Assembly: GCA_017558865.1 (NCBI GenBank)
Contig: JAFYTM010000103.1
Span: 1-63,350 of the forward strand
Direction of reading: 5' to 3'
DNA: 63,350 nt
Source of the DNA: Lachnospiraceae bacterium
GTDB taxonomy: Bacteria; Bacillota; Clostridia; Lachnospirales; Lachnospiraceae
A program made the position numbers and the translations under genes. Of the stretch, positions 1-9,252 are shown piece after piece. Below the pieces are notes generated by a model that did not search any database, was not told where the DNA came from, and saw only the letters and a list, made by a program, of their open reading frames with translations. Numbering within the stretch: position 1 is the stretch's first letter; the number at the start of each line of letters is the position of its first letter.

Positions 1-981
1 AAATGCCAGAGAACGGAAATCCTTTTCATTCATAACTCTTGCCAGACCTTTTACAACACTCATCTCCGGTTCTTCATCCATTGTAACGCGAATACCCGAT
101 TTTTTCTGTAATAACTGATCCAGTTTGCGAATCTTGGATGCGCCTCCGGTCAGATAAATACCATTCTTAATAATATCAACGCCAAGTTCCGGCGGAGTAT
201 GCTCAAGAATTGTTTTTACAGCGTCCATAATAATGTCCAGCTGTTCTTTGATCGCATCATAAACAAATGCAGAATTGATCTCCAGCATCTGTGGAAGGCC
301 GATTACCATATTACGTCCGCAAATATTCATGGTCGCCTCTTCCGGGTCCAGTGCATAAGCGAGTTCCTTTTTGATAGATTCCGCTGTCTTACTTCCGATA
401 AAGAAATTAAACTCTTTACGAATTGCACTCTGGATGGCATCATCGATAGAACGTCCGCCGGTCTGAATCAGACGGCTGATAACAATACCGCCGAGAGAAA
501 GCACGGAAATCTCGGTTGTCTCAGCACCGATATCAACAATCATCACACCCTGTGCATCGCGAACGTTAATGCCAAGACCCAGTCCTGCTGCTACTGGCTT
601 ATCTATCAGATAAACACTCTTTGGTTTTAAACCGGAATCCTGAATCAGCATCGTAAAAATACGCTCCTGCATCTCTGTCGGAAGTGCCACAAAAAATTCC
701 GCACCTTTTAATGGTCCCTTTGTACAGGATTCCAGAAGTTCCTTCATAAATGCCTGCATATTGCTGATATTGGCAAGATTTCCAAAAGACATCGGGCTGG
801 ACACCTCGATATTTGCAGGTGCTTTTTCATACATGGCAAATGCTTCATCTCCGTAAGCCAGCATCTCTTTTTTATCCTTGATCGCCACCATATTATGCTG
901 GATCAAATAGGAATCTGCATCTCTGTGATAGACTTTAAGATTATAGGTTCCAAAGTCACAGCCAAAATTGTTTGTATTCAT
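1..981 (-). CDS. mreB: Rod shape-determining protein MreB (actin-like ATPase), 3' end runs off the window
   Basis: Not in the ORF track. Manual translation from ATG 981 gives MNTNNFGCDFGTYNLKVY...MIVDIGAETTEISVLSLGGIV...LEHTPPELGVDIIKNGIYLTGGAS. Lies directly downstream of radC, as in the usual radC-mreB arrangement. Confidence 0.9.
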   Translation of the reverse strand, partial: MNTNNFGCDFGTYNLKVYHRDADSYLIQHNMVAIKDKKEMLAYGDEAFAMYEKAPANIEVSSPMSFGNLANISNMQAFMKELLESCTKGPLKGAEFFVALPTEMQERIFTMLIQDSGLKPKSVYLIDKPVAAGLGLGINVRDAQGVMIVDIGAETTEISVLSLGGIVISRLIQTGGRSIDDAIQSAIRKEFNFFIGSKTAESIKKELAYALDPEEATMNICGRNMVIGLPQMLEINSAFVYDAIKEQLDIIMDAVKTILEHTPPELGVDIIKNGIYLTGGASKIRKLDQLLQKKSGIRVTMDEEPEMSVVKGLARVMNEKDFRSLAF

Positions 982-1007
982 GGTACATTCCCTCTTTCTC
1001 TGTAGAT

Positions 1008-1697
1008 TTATAATAGATTTTGCTCTCGAAAGCTCACATATGTGTGCTCTCCAATAATAATATGATCTGTCAGACTGATTCCAAGAAGTTCACCCGCTTC
1101 TTTCATCCGTCTGGTAATATCCATATCTTCTCTGCTTGGATTCGCATCTCCGCTTGGATGATTGTGAAGAAGAATAATCTGTACAGCTCTGGAAGCCAGT
1201 GCTTCTAAAAAGATTTCTCTCGGCGAAGCCAGCGATCTGTTGACCGTTCCCTGAAAAATATATTTTTCTTTCAAGAGTCTGCCTTTTTGATTCAGCATCA
1301 AAAGCAGCATCACTTCCTGCTCTTTGTGCCGCAGATCTTCCATATAATATTCTGCCACCGCAGATGGATTTTTAAAACATAATCCTGCTCCTGCTTCCTC
1401 ACGAGCCATTCGTCTTGCCAGTTCCAGTACACATTTAAGCTGTACTGCCTTTATCTTTCCAATACCATGAATCTCCGAAAGCTCTTCCAACGTCAATCTG
1501 CGAAGTCCCGAAAAGCCTTCCTTTTCCGGAATCAGATTCAGCAGATCACCTGCCAGTTCCATTACGTTCTTACCTTTTGCTCCTGTTCTGAGCAGCACAG
1601 CAAGAAGCTCTCTGTTACTTAGATTCTCTTCTCCATAACGAATACATCTTTCGTATGGACGATCCTGTATTGGAAGATGATTCCACTTTTCGTTCAT
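1008..1697 (-). CDS. radC: RadC family protein (HhH + JAB domain)
   Basis: RPYER...LSNRELLAVLLRTG N-terminus; HNHPSGD...D...DHIIIG JAB motif. Confidence 0.95.
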   Translation of the reverse strand: MNEKWNHLPIQDRPYERCIRYGEENLSNRELLAVLLRTGAKGKNVMELAGDLLNLIPEKEGFSGLRRLTLEELSEIHGIGKIKAVQLKCVLELARRMAREEAGAGLCFKNPSAVAEYYMEDLRHKEQEVMLLLMLNQKGRLLKEKYIFQGTVNRSLASPREIFLEALASRAVQIILLHNHPSGDANPSREDMDITRRMKEAGELLGISLTDHIIIGEHTYVSFREQNLL

Positions 1698-1751
1698 ATT
1701 TGATAACCTCCGTTCTACCTCTCCAGATACCCCGTTGGTTACCTTCTATAT

Positions 1752-2006
1752 CTATATCCAGCGATATACAAGAATCGCCAGAATAATTCCTATAATGCTG
1801 GCGATTGTGATCTTGATCGTCATGCCAAATGTCAGAACGACCAACCCCATAGACAGCACGATCGGATTCTCAAGCCCAAAGGTTTGTCCATAGTTCAGCC
1901 AGGACAGACCAGAGACATCCGATGCCATAGTTCCGATGAACCCGCCAAGTACAACGCCTGCCAGAACAAGCAAAAGCAACGTCCAGCCATTCTTTGTACC
2001 TCTCAT
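1752..2006 (-). CDS. Small membrane protein, DUF4321-like
   Basis: 84 aa, hydrophobic, with the pattern WLNYGQTFGL...LTFG..IKITIASIIG; GGAGGTG RBS. Confidence 0.75.
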   Translation of the reverse strand: MRGTKNGWTLLLLVLAGVVLGGFIGTMASDVSGLSWLNYGQTFGLENPIVLSMGLVVLTFGMTIKITIASIIGIILAILVYRWI

Positions 2007-2035
2007 ATGTACGTCACCTCCAAAAACCTGCTCTT

Positions 2036-3640
2036 TTAATCATAACACGGCGTATATTTTTTTGCAATTGCTTCTGCAATCTTTAATCCATCCATTGCAG
2101 CGGAAGTAATTCCTCCGGCATACCCCGCACCTTCGCCGCAAGGATACAATCCTCTGATCTCGCTCTCAAAAACTTCATCTCTGATGATACGGATCGGAGA
2201 GGAAGTCCGGCTTTCCACACCGGATAAAACAGCATCTTTTCTTGCGAAACCATGAATCAGCGACTCGCAGCTACAGATTCCTTCTTCCAATGCTGCCGAA
2301 AGTTCTTTAGGAAAAATTTCACGTACATTGGCAAGCTCATAGGAACCTTTGATACATGGTTCTACTTCTCCCAGAATCGTAGATGCCGTATTCTGACAGA
2401 AATCTCCTAACAACTGCACCGGAATTTTCCCATGTCCGATACCGTATGCTGCTTTCTCCAGTTTTCTCTGGAATTCCACTCCAGCCAACACATCCTTGCC
2501 GTCAAAATCCTCTGGTGTCACCGTCACGATCATGGCACTGTTTGCATTACGACTGTCCCTTGCCTGATAGCTCATGCCGTTAACTGCCAGCATTCCTTCT
2601 TCGGAAGCCGCATTAACCACATATCCTCCAGGACACATGCAAAAGGAATATACTCCTCTTCCATTACCTGTCTGTCTCGTTACTTTATAGGCAGCAGCCG
2701 GAAGACAGGACGGATAATCCTGTCCGTACTGGCTGATATTCATCATCTCCTGCGGATGTTCAATACGCACTCCTACCGCAAAAGACTTCGCCTGCATAGG
2801 AACACCATGATTTTTCAACATAGCAAAGGTATCTCTGGCACTGTGTCCAATCGCCAGTACCACCTGCTCTGCTTCTATAATATAAGTTTCGTCAGCAGTC
2901 CGGTCGAATACCTCCACTCCGTGTATCTCGTAATTTTCTATCTTTAAATCCGTTACCTGACATCCAAAGCGAACTTCACCGCCCAGACGGATGATCTCTT
3001 CACGCATATGACTTACAATGCCAATCAGTACATCCGTTCCAAGATGCGGCTTATTCACATATAATATTTCCTCCGGTGCACCAGCCTCCACGAACATCTG
3101 AAGCACCTTTTTATTGCGTCCCACCGGATCTTTGACCAATGTGTTCAATTTCCCATCAGAAAAAGTGCCTGCACCGCCTTCTCCAAACTGTACATTGGAC
3201 TGTGTATCCAGTACTCCCAGCTTCCAGAATGTCTCCACCGTTTTTGCCCGTTCCTGAGCGCACTGCCCCCGCTCCAGCAGAATCGGGGCATAACCAGCCC
3301 GTGCCAGCTGCAGTCCGCAGAACAGCCCCGCCGGTCCAGCTCCGACGATGACTGGTCGGTGTTTCATCTTTTCCGAGCCCGACTCAGGGAAGTGATACCA
3401 GATTCTTACTGCCTTTACCACCTGTTTGGGAGATTTTTTCAGGACAGATGGCTCTTTTTTCACTTCCGCATCTACGATGTAGACATACTTCAGTTCTCCT
3501 CCTCTGGCATCCAGAGACTGCTTCACGATCTCGTATCGGATCAATTCCTCCGGACGGATTTTCAGGGTCTTTATAATCTTATCATGCAGCTCCTTTTTCG
3601 AATGCTGCACGGGTAATTTTAATTGTTGGATTCGTAACAT
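2036..3640 (-). CDS. NAD(P)/FAD-dependent oxidoreductase (uncharacterised FAD-dependent dehydrogenase)
   Basis: GAGPAG Rossmann motif, FGEGGAGTFSDGKL, YSFCMCPGG, GEGAGYAGGITSAAMDG. Confidence 0.85.
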   Translation of the reverse strand: MLRIQQLKLPVQHSKKELHDKIIKTLKIRPEELIRYEIVKQSLDARGGELKYVYIVDAEVKKEPSVLKKSPKQVVKAVRIWYHFPESGSEKMKHRPVIVGAGPAGLFCGLQLARAGYAPILLERGQCAQERAKTVETFWKLGVLDTQSNVQFGEGGAGTFSDGKLNTLVKDPVGRNKKVLQMFVEAGAPEEILYVNKPHLGTDVLIGIVSHMREEIIRLGGEVRFGCQVTDLKIENYEIHGVEVFDRTADETYIIEAEQVVLAIGHSARDTFAMLKNHGVPMQAKSFAVGVRIEHPQEMMNISQYGQDYPSCLPAAAYKVTRQTGNGRGVYSFCMCPGGYVVNAASEEGMLAVNGMSYQARDSRNANSAMIVTVTPEDFDGKDVLAGVEFQRKLEKAAYGIGHGKIPVQLLGDFCQNTASTILGEVEPCIKGSYELANVREIFPKELSAALEEGICSCESLIHGFARKDAVLSGVESRTSSPIRIIRDEVFESEIRGLYPCGEGAGYAGGITSAAMDGLKIAEAIAKKYTPCYD

Positions 3641-3687
3641 ATGATTGGTTTCCTTCTAAAGATATTCATAATCATTTCCATGCAGAA

Positions 3688-3816
3688 TCATCCTAACCAG
3701 TTCTTATAATAAGCCATCACGCCCAGAAATGCGCCTGCGAACGCACCGAACAGGGTGGCGATAGCTGCTCCTTTGTGTTCCTTCATATAGATATATAATT
3801 GTTTCAAGTCGTTCAT
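3688..3816 (-). CDS. 42-aa single-pass membrane protein, unknown function
   Basis: Below the ORF-track cutoff. AAGGAG RBS, then MNDLKQLYIYMKEHKGAAIATLFGAFAGAFLGVMAYYKNWLG*. Confidence 0.65.
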   Translation of the reverse strand: MNDLKQLYIYMKEHKGAAIATLFGAFAGAFLGVMAYYKNWLG

Positions 3817-3827
3817 GTTAATTCTCC

Positions 3828-3856
3828 TTGTATATTATATGAAAATATGATATATT
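3828..3856 (+). promoter_or_regulatory. Sigma70-type promoter of putative antitoxin RNA
   Basis: TTGTAT (3828-3833), 17 nt, TATATT (3851-3856), with an extended TG. Confidence 0.6.
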
Positions 3857-3862
3857 AAGCAT

Positions 3863-3965
3863 ATAAACAGGGAAAGCCAGAGAAGCGGCTTACCCTCAAA
3901 TAATTATACTAAACATTTTACAGTTTAGCCGTCACTATTTGCGGTAGTGGCGGCTATTTCTTTCC
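3863..3965 (+). ncRNA. Putative type I antitoxin antisense RNA (ends approximate)
   Basis: Own promoter, terminal hairpin 3926-3956 followed by TTTCTTT, convergent overlap with the toxin 3' end. Confidence 0.55.
3926..3963 (+). terminator. Intrinsic terminator hairpin overlapping the toxin stop codon
   Basis: TAGCCGTCACTA-7 nt-TAGTGGCGGCTA followed by a T-rich run. Confidence 0.7.
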
Positions 3966-4046
3966 CTTGAAAATCTTATGACAAAGACTAACAAGGGCAA
4001 CAATGAATATACAGAATTGGAACATCTCCGCATATGTAACATACAT
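3954..4046 (-). CDS. Putative holin-like type I toxin (30 aa)
   Basis: MYVTYAEMFQFCIFIVALVSLCHKIFKGKK*: one TM helix plus a basic tail, behind an AAGGAGG RBS. Resembles Firmicute holin-like toxin peptides. Confidence 0.8.
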   Translation of the reverse strand: MYVTYAEMFQFCIFIVALVSLCHKIFKGKK

Positions 4047-4134
4047 TGGCAACACCCTCCTTTCTTTCGTCTGGAGGGTTATCCCTCCGATTATAGAGGG
4101 GAAGCCGCCTGGCTCTCTGGTTTCCCATAAACAG

Positions 4135-4163
4135 AGTATAGCATATCAGATTCCGGCATACAA
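4135..4163 (-). promoter_or_regulatory. Sigma70-type promoter of the toxin mRNA
   Basis: Minus strand reads TTGTAT, 17 nt, TATACT, with an extended TG. Confidence 0.7.
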
Positions 4164-4201
4164 TATATTTCCGAACAAACAGCCGAGAGTTTTTATTTCG
4201 T

Positions 4202-5428
4202 CTATTTTTCTGTTTTTGCCGCAGATTTCCCTGCCAGATACCCGCTTGTCCATGCCCACTGCAGATTATATCCGCCGCATGCGCCATCCACATCCAGAAG
4301 CTCTCCTGCCAGATACAGTCCCGGAATTTTTTTTGATTCCATGGAGATTCCTTTCAGTTCATCAAGCGGAATACCTCCGGTGCAGATCTGCGCCTGCTCA
4401 TAGCCGCGGCATTTCGTAACCGAGAATCCGAACTGTTTGATCTGTACTGCCAGTCGATGAATTTCCTTATCTGACCATTCTTTTCCTTTTTTCTTTAAAG
4501 AAACACCTGCCCGTTCCAATAGAACCTGGGACAGTTTTTCCGGAAACATACCAAGTAATACATCTGTTCCGCTTCGATTCCCTGTAAATGTCTGTTTGTC
4601 CCGCAGGATGTTCTCTATCCATTCCACCGTATACACCGGACAGAGGTCAAGGAAAATCTCACACGTTTTACCAGCCTCCAGTGCTCTTGATGCATATCGG
4701 CTTATCTGAAAGACCGGAATACCCGACAGTCCATACGCTGTAAACTGTACTTCTCCTTCATCTTCTGTACATTTTTCACCATTTACGAAAAGCGTCACCT
4801 TTGCATCCTGCCGTACACCTGCAAGCTTAGCACAGTCTTTTTCTGCTGCGTGAACTCCTGTCAATGCCGGAAGGGGAATAATCACGGTATGTCCAAAATG
4901 TTCTGCAAAGCGGTAGCCATCTCCGGTAGAACCAGTCTCCGGTGCAGCCTTGGAGCCACATGCCAGGATTACAACATCACCTTCATAGACCCATCCGTCT
5001 GTCTTTACCTGAAATATACCGTTCTCTTTTTCGATTACCAACACTTCGGTATTGCATGACATCTTAATCTGCAGACGCTGTGCTTCCAAACGCAGCAGCT
5101 CTGCCACGGATGCTGCCTGTCCGCTGTTTGGGTAGAGATATCCATTGCGATCCTTCACAAGGAGCCCCAGTTCCTCGAAAAAATCGACCGTTTGAGACAT
5201 AGAAAAAGCATCCAATGCCTGTTTTACCAGTTCTGGATGATCACTTCGATATTTGGAAAGATCCTGATCTCGATTCGTAAAGTTACACCGTCCATTCCCT
5301 GTGACCAGGATCTTCTTTCCTGTCTGTTTATTCTTCTCCAGCAAAGTGACCTTTGCACCCTGTCTGGCAGCAGCAATTGCAGCCATCAGACCAGAAGCAC
5401 CGCCTCCGATAACGATTACCTTTTTCAT
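4202..5428 (-). CDS. HI0933/YhiN-family flavoprotein
   Basis: GGGASG, GKKILVTGNGRCNFTN, GSTGDGY, GELLDVDGACGGYNLQWAWTSG. Confidence 0.9.
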   Translation of the reverse strand: MKKVIVIGGGASGLMAAIAAARQGAKVTLLEKNKQTGKKILVTGNGRCNFTNRDQDLSKYRSDHPELVKQALDAFSMSQTVDFFEELGLLVKDRNGYLYPNSGQAASVAELLRLEAQRLQIKMSCNTEVLVIEKENGIFQVKTDGWVYEGDVVILACGSKAAPETGSTGDGYRFAEHFGHTVIIPLPALTGVHAAEKDCAKLAGVRQDAKVTLFVNGEKCTEDEGEVQFTAYGLSGIPVFQISRYASRALEAGKTCEIFLDLCPVYTVEWIENILRDKQTFTGNRSGTDVLLGMFPEKLSQVLLERAGVSLKKKGKEWSDKEIHRLAVQIKQFGFSVTKCRGYEQAQICTGGIPLDELKGISMESKKIPGLYLAGELLDVDGACGGYNLQWAWTSGYLAGKSAAKTEK

Positions 5429-5449
5429 CCTGTTCCCCTGTAAACGATA

Positions 5450-5830
5450 TTATTCCGTCTCTTCCTCTTCCAGTTCTGCTTTCAGATCTTCCAGAAGATC
5501 ACCTGCTGACACTTCTACTCCCTTACCGTCCATCCAGAGAATGGTCAGTCGGATACCATCCTCAGAAAGTCCCGGAAGCCAACGCTCCATCAGTACCTCC
5601 AGAGCAATGGATTCGCTCATGTAGTTCGCCCATTCCCCAGAGATGCACTGATCTGCAAAGTCTTTTTCCGGCCACATCGGAAGGCAGAATGCATCTTTAT
5701 CATCTAAAGACGCACATCCTTCATCGTCTCTTAAGATCCATACTTTTTCTGTCTCAATAACTTTTTCTATAAAATAATCATATTTTTCTTCATTACTCAT
5801 GTTTAAGATATCTTTCATTTCTTTATTCAC
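5450..5830 (-). CDS. DUF2750-like protein
   Basis: YDYFIEKVIETEKVWIL...LPMWPEKDFA...WLPGLSEDG. Start moved to GTG 5830, which follows GGAGG. Confidence 0.75.
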   Translation of the reverse strand: MNKEMKDILNMSNEEKYDYFIEKVIETEKVWILRDDEGCASLDDKDAFCLPMWPEKDFADQCISGEWANYMSESIALEVLMERWLPGLSEDGIRLTILWMDGKGVEVSAGDLLEDLKAELEEEETE

Positions 5831-5945
5831 GATAGATTCCTCCAATGTTTTGCATTTCGTAAATATCATATCACAGCATGAACAGATTGAAAAGGCTAAT
5901 GAAACAGAAAACGGAGAGCATACACTCCCCGCCTTTAACACATCT

Positions 5946-7475
5946 TTATTCCTCTATATTTTTATCATCCTTTTCTTTCTCCAAAAGCTTATACGTCAGC
6001 AGCAGATACAGCAGCTGATCCGAATCTTCCAGATCAATATCCACCAGCTCTTTGATATGCGCCATACGGTAAAGAAAGGTACTGCGATGAATGAACAATT
6101 CTTTGGCTGCTTTTACCGCATTCATCTGACAGGTAATGTAGGTACGAAGTGTATCATAATAATCCGTCTTGTGTTCCCTGTCGTAATCCCGCAGCTTCAG
6201 CACTGCAAGACTGCACACCACTTTGGGCTCCATTCGGTCTGTGCATTTACCTATCAGGTAATCAAGCGCAATATCATCAAAACGATTTACCCATCGAAGC
6301 GGATACTGTTTACTGCCCTCTTCCAGTGCGATCTTGGACTGTAAATAATACTGTTTGAACGACTGCAGACCAGAAAATTCATAACTGATTCCTGCTTTCA
6401 GATAACTGTCCTGCAAAAATCCAGTAACAATTTTGATTGATTCTTTCATCGTTTTTCCCAGATGATTCAAATTTACATATACAACAATATTTTCATCCAA
6501 CAAAAAGGCACAGCTTCCTTTCACCAGACTTTCAATTCGATTACATATGAATTTGATAACCGTCAGATTCTGTCTGTCCACTGTAGACACATGGATATTC
6601 ATACAGAAATAATGATGATTTTCTTTCCAGTGAAATGTATCAAATTGTGTTTCGATGGATGAAGTATCCATTTCATCCTCCGTCAGTATATTAGAAAGAA
6701 GTCTGTCCAGTGAATAACCAATGTCCGACTGCACAACCGTATATTTTTCCAACATCTGCTGAATATATTTTGCCAGATGCTGCAGGAGAAACTCATCATA
6801 CATCTTTAACTTACGGGATGCTTCAACCAGAATCACGCGATAAGCACTTCTGTTCTTATCATAAATATCAATGAACAGGTTATTTTTCTGTGTCACTGGA
6901 TCCTGATAATGTTTCACCTCCGGTACACCTGTTATGGTATCCATTTCTTCTTCCAGCACAGTTACCTGATTATTCTGTAAAATTTCCTGAAACTCCGGCA
7001 TGGTATTCATTAAACTGCTGCAGTCAATGATAAATCCATCCGTTGTGCTGACCATGATAGGATTATGGAAGATTCGATGTGAACCATCCAGGAGCTGCTT
7101 TAATGTTCTCTCCGACATTGCCAGATGCTGCATTCGTTCATCCCATGCATCATAGGTATCAAAAATACGCTGAACCGTATTAAACAAAGCCTCTGGATTA
7201 CAATCTTCTGAAAAATAACAAACGCCTGGAATTAGTTCATCTCCAAATTTAGCAGAGTTTCCAACGATCAATACCAGATTGTCTCCATGCTCTCTGAGCG
7301 CATTAACTGACACTTCACTTTCTCTTGCAATATACACCTTATTTTTCTTAAAATCAGTTCCGCTTTGATAAAAAAGCGGACGTTTTAAATTCATTTCCTC
7401 TGATAATTCCCCCTGCTGATACTCTGGGTAATTTTGTATGAGCCTGTCAGCAAGAATCTGCATACTAATTCGCAT
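5946..7475 (-). CDS. PucR/CdaR family transcriptional regulator
   Basis: C-terminal LRDYDREHKTDYYDTLRTYI...NAVKAAKELFIHRSTFLYRM HTH, preceded by a GGDEF-like region. Confidence 0.9.
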   Translation of the reverse strand: MRISMQILADRLIQNYPEYQQGELSEEMNLKRPLFYQSGTDFKKNKVYIARESEVSVNALREHGDNLVLIVGNSAKFGDELIPGVCYFSEDCNPEALFNTVQRIFDTYDAWDERMQHLAMSERTLKQLLDGSHRIFHNPIMVSTTDGFIIDCSSLMNTMPEFQEILQNNQVTVLEEEMDTITGVPEVKHYQDPVTQKNNLFIDIYDKNRSAYRVILVEASRKLKMYDEFLLQHLAKYIQQMLEKYTVVQSDIGYSLDRLLSNILTEDEMDTSSIETQFDTFHWKENHHYFCMNIHVSTVDRQNLTVIKFICNRIESLVKGSCAFLLDENIVVYVNLNHLGKTMKESIKIVTGFLQDSYLKAGISYEFSGLQSFKQYYLQSKIALEEGSKQYPLRWVNRFDDIALDYLIGKCTDRMEPKVVCSLAVLKLRDYDREHKTDYYDTLRTYITCQMNAVKAAKELFIHRSTFLYRMAHIKELVDIDLEDSDQLLYLLLTYKLLEKEKDDKNIEE

Positions 7476-7513
7476 TTAGTATCCCTTTCTTATCTTAACT
7501 TATCTTAGCGCAT

Positions 7514-7542
7514 ATTGTACGAGATTTTTTGACAAATGTCAT
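7514..7542 (-). promoter_or_regulatory. Putative sigma70 promoter of the PucR/CdaR gene
   Basis: ATGACA-17 nt-TACAAT on the minus strand; palindrome TGACAAATGTCA overlaps the -35. Confidence 0.5.
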
Positions 7543-7592
7543 AATACATATTGTAGGATAAATTTGAAGCAATTTCAAGGAATGAAAGACAC

Positions 7593-7631
7593 AAAAAAGG
7601 GAGAATCTCTATGTAAAATAGGATTCTCCCT
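7593..7631 (-). terminator. Intrinsic terminator after folD
   Basis: AGGGAGAATC...GATTCTCCCT stem followed by a T run on the minus strand. Confidence 0.8.
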
Positions 7632-7648
7632 GAATTCAACAGGTTATT

Positions 7649-8530
7649 TTATGCAAATTTTCTCATAGCTGCTTCTACAACATGTCCAACGAGAACAGAA
7701 GTAGTAACTGCGCCAACACCGCCTGGTACTGGAGTGATTGCATCTACGATTGGCTCAACCTCTTCAAATACAGCATCGCCTGCGATCGCACCTTTGCCGC
7801 CCTTCTTATTGATCTTTTCCGGATCCCAGTTAATGGATACATCGATGACGATCTGTCCAGGTCTTACGAAATCTTTGGTCAGACTCTTCAGAACACCTGC
7901 ACAGGAGATCAGAATATCAGCCTCTTTTGCAACTTCTTCTACATTCACAGTCTTGGTGTGACATACAGTAACGGTTGCATTTTTGCCCATCAGCATCATA
8001 GCAGCCGGTTTACCAACTACTAAAGAACGTCCAATAACAACTGCTTTCTTACCGGTACAGTCGATTCCGTAGAAGTCCAGAATCTCCATACATGCCTGTG
8101 GAGTACATGGCGGGAAACCAAGTGGTTTGCCTTCAAATACACCTGCCAGAGACATATGGGTCATACAGTCAACGTCTTTTGCTGCATCCAGTGCATTCTC
8201 GATCTCAGACTGAACTGCTCTTAAGTGAGCTGGAAGCGGACGGAACATCAGAACACCGTGAATAGAATCATCTTTATTTACTTTGTCAATTACTTCCAGT
8301 AATGCTTCTTTTGTTACATCTTCCGGAAGAAGGAATTTCTCTACTGCAACACCGAGAGTCTCACATCTCTTGGAGGCACCGGTCTCATAAGAGATATCAT
8401 CCGGTCTCTCACCAACTCTGATAATACCAAGCTTTGGAGTAACTCCTTTTTCATTCAGAGAAGCAACCTGTCCGCTGATCTTAGCAATCAGGGCTTCATT
8501 TACTTCTTTACCTAATAACTGTTTTGCCAT
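7649..8530 (-). CDS. folD: Methylenetetrahydrofolate dehydrogenase/cyclohydrolase family protein
   Basis: KDVD, PCTPQAC, GRSLVVGKP, NATVTVCH, ITPVPGGVG. Confidence 0.93.
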   Translation of the reverse strand: MAKQLLGKEVNEALIAKISGQVASLNEKGVTPKLGIIRVGERPDDISYETGASKRCETLGVAVEKFLLPEDVTKEALLEVIDKVNKDDSIHGVLMFRPLPAHLRAVQSEIENALDAAKDVDCMTHMSLAGVFEGKPLGFPPCTPQACMEILDFYGIDCTGKKAVVIGRSLVVGKPAAMMLMGKNATVTVCHTKTVNVEEVAKEADILISCAGVLKSLTKDFVRPGQIVIDVSINWDPEKINKKGGKGAIAGDAVFEEVEPIVDAITPVPGGVGAVTTSVLVGHVVEAAMRKFA

Positions 8531-8545
8531 GATTCTGTTCTCCTA

Positions 8546-9175
8546 TTATCTTAATCTTGCATCTACAGCTGCAAAAATCTCATCTGCTTTTTTGGTGTAG
8601 TCTGCAATCATCTTGTCTGCTTTTTCATTCAGGGAAGCAGCGTACTCTTTGTCAGCCATAGATTTGGTATTGATGAATACGTTCAGGGAAGCTCCCAGAA
8701 GTGCTGCTTTACAGAACACCACGCCAACACCTGCATCAGAGATTGCAAGTGCAGAACCTTTAGCTGCAAACTCTTCAATCACGTCGATTGCTTCACAACA
8801 TTTCTCCATGATTTCCATAGGAACAGAACAAGCCTCTTTCAGCACAATTGCCATTACGCGTGCTTTCTCAGCTTTTTCCTCTTCGGTCTCTCTTGGCATA
8901 CCGTAAGCTTTTGCCAGTGGCTCAAATACCTCAGCATCTGCCTCTACCAGACGAAGGAAATCAGCCTGCAGTGCAGTTGCTTTCTCTTTCAGTGCGATAA
9001 TATCAGCTTCTACATCTGCATATTTTTTCTTACCTACAGTCAGACTTCCTACCATGTTGCCAAGTGCCATACCGATTGCACCAACTAAAGCAGATGCACC
9101 GCCGCCGCCCGGAACCGGAGCTTTTGATGCAAGAACGTCTACAAATTCCTCACAAGAACCTTTTGTGAATCCCAT
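8546..9175 (-). CDS. fchA: Methenyl-THF cyclohydrolase (FTCD_C family)
   Basis: LASKAPVPGGGGASAL, AISDAGVG, LNVFIN; lies between fhs and folD. Start moved to ATG 9175 (GGAGG RBS). Confidence 0.88.
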   Translation of the reverse strand: MGFTKGSCEEFVDVLASKAPVPGGGGASALVGAIGMALGNMVGSLTVGKKKYADVEADIIALKEKATALQADFLRLVEADAEVFEPLAKAYGMPRETEEEKAEKARVMAIVLKEACSVPMEIMEKCCEAIDVIEEFAAKGSALAISDAGVGVVFCKAALLGASLNVFINTKSMADKEYAASLNEKADKMIADYTKKADEIFAAVDARLR

Positions 9176-9252
9176 ATTTACCTCCAAGCACGACAGCTAG
9201 CAGGGAACACACTTATTCCCTGCCTGCCGTATATTATTACTATTTTTTAAAC

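Noticed and set aside
1-1697. radC as a mobile-element marker, or the divergent mreB as a pseudogene
   Set aside because: Full-length radC next to mreB is the normal chromosomal arrangement. The mreB frame is open across the window despite divergent phosphate-loop motifs.
3988-4419. ORF-track ORFs 3988..4293 (-) and 4003..4419 (+)
   Set aside because: They overlap the flavoprotein end and the toxin locus with no recognisable motifs. The 30-aa frame with a proper RBS and promoter explains the region.
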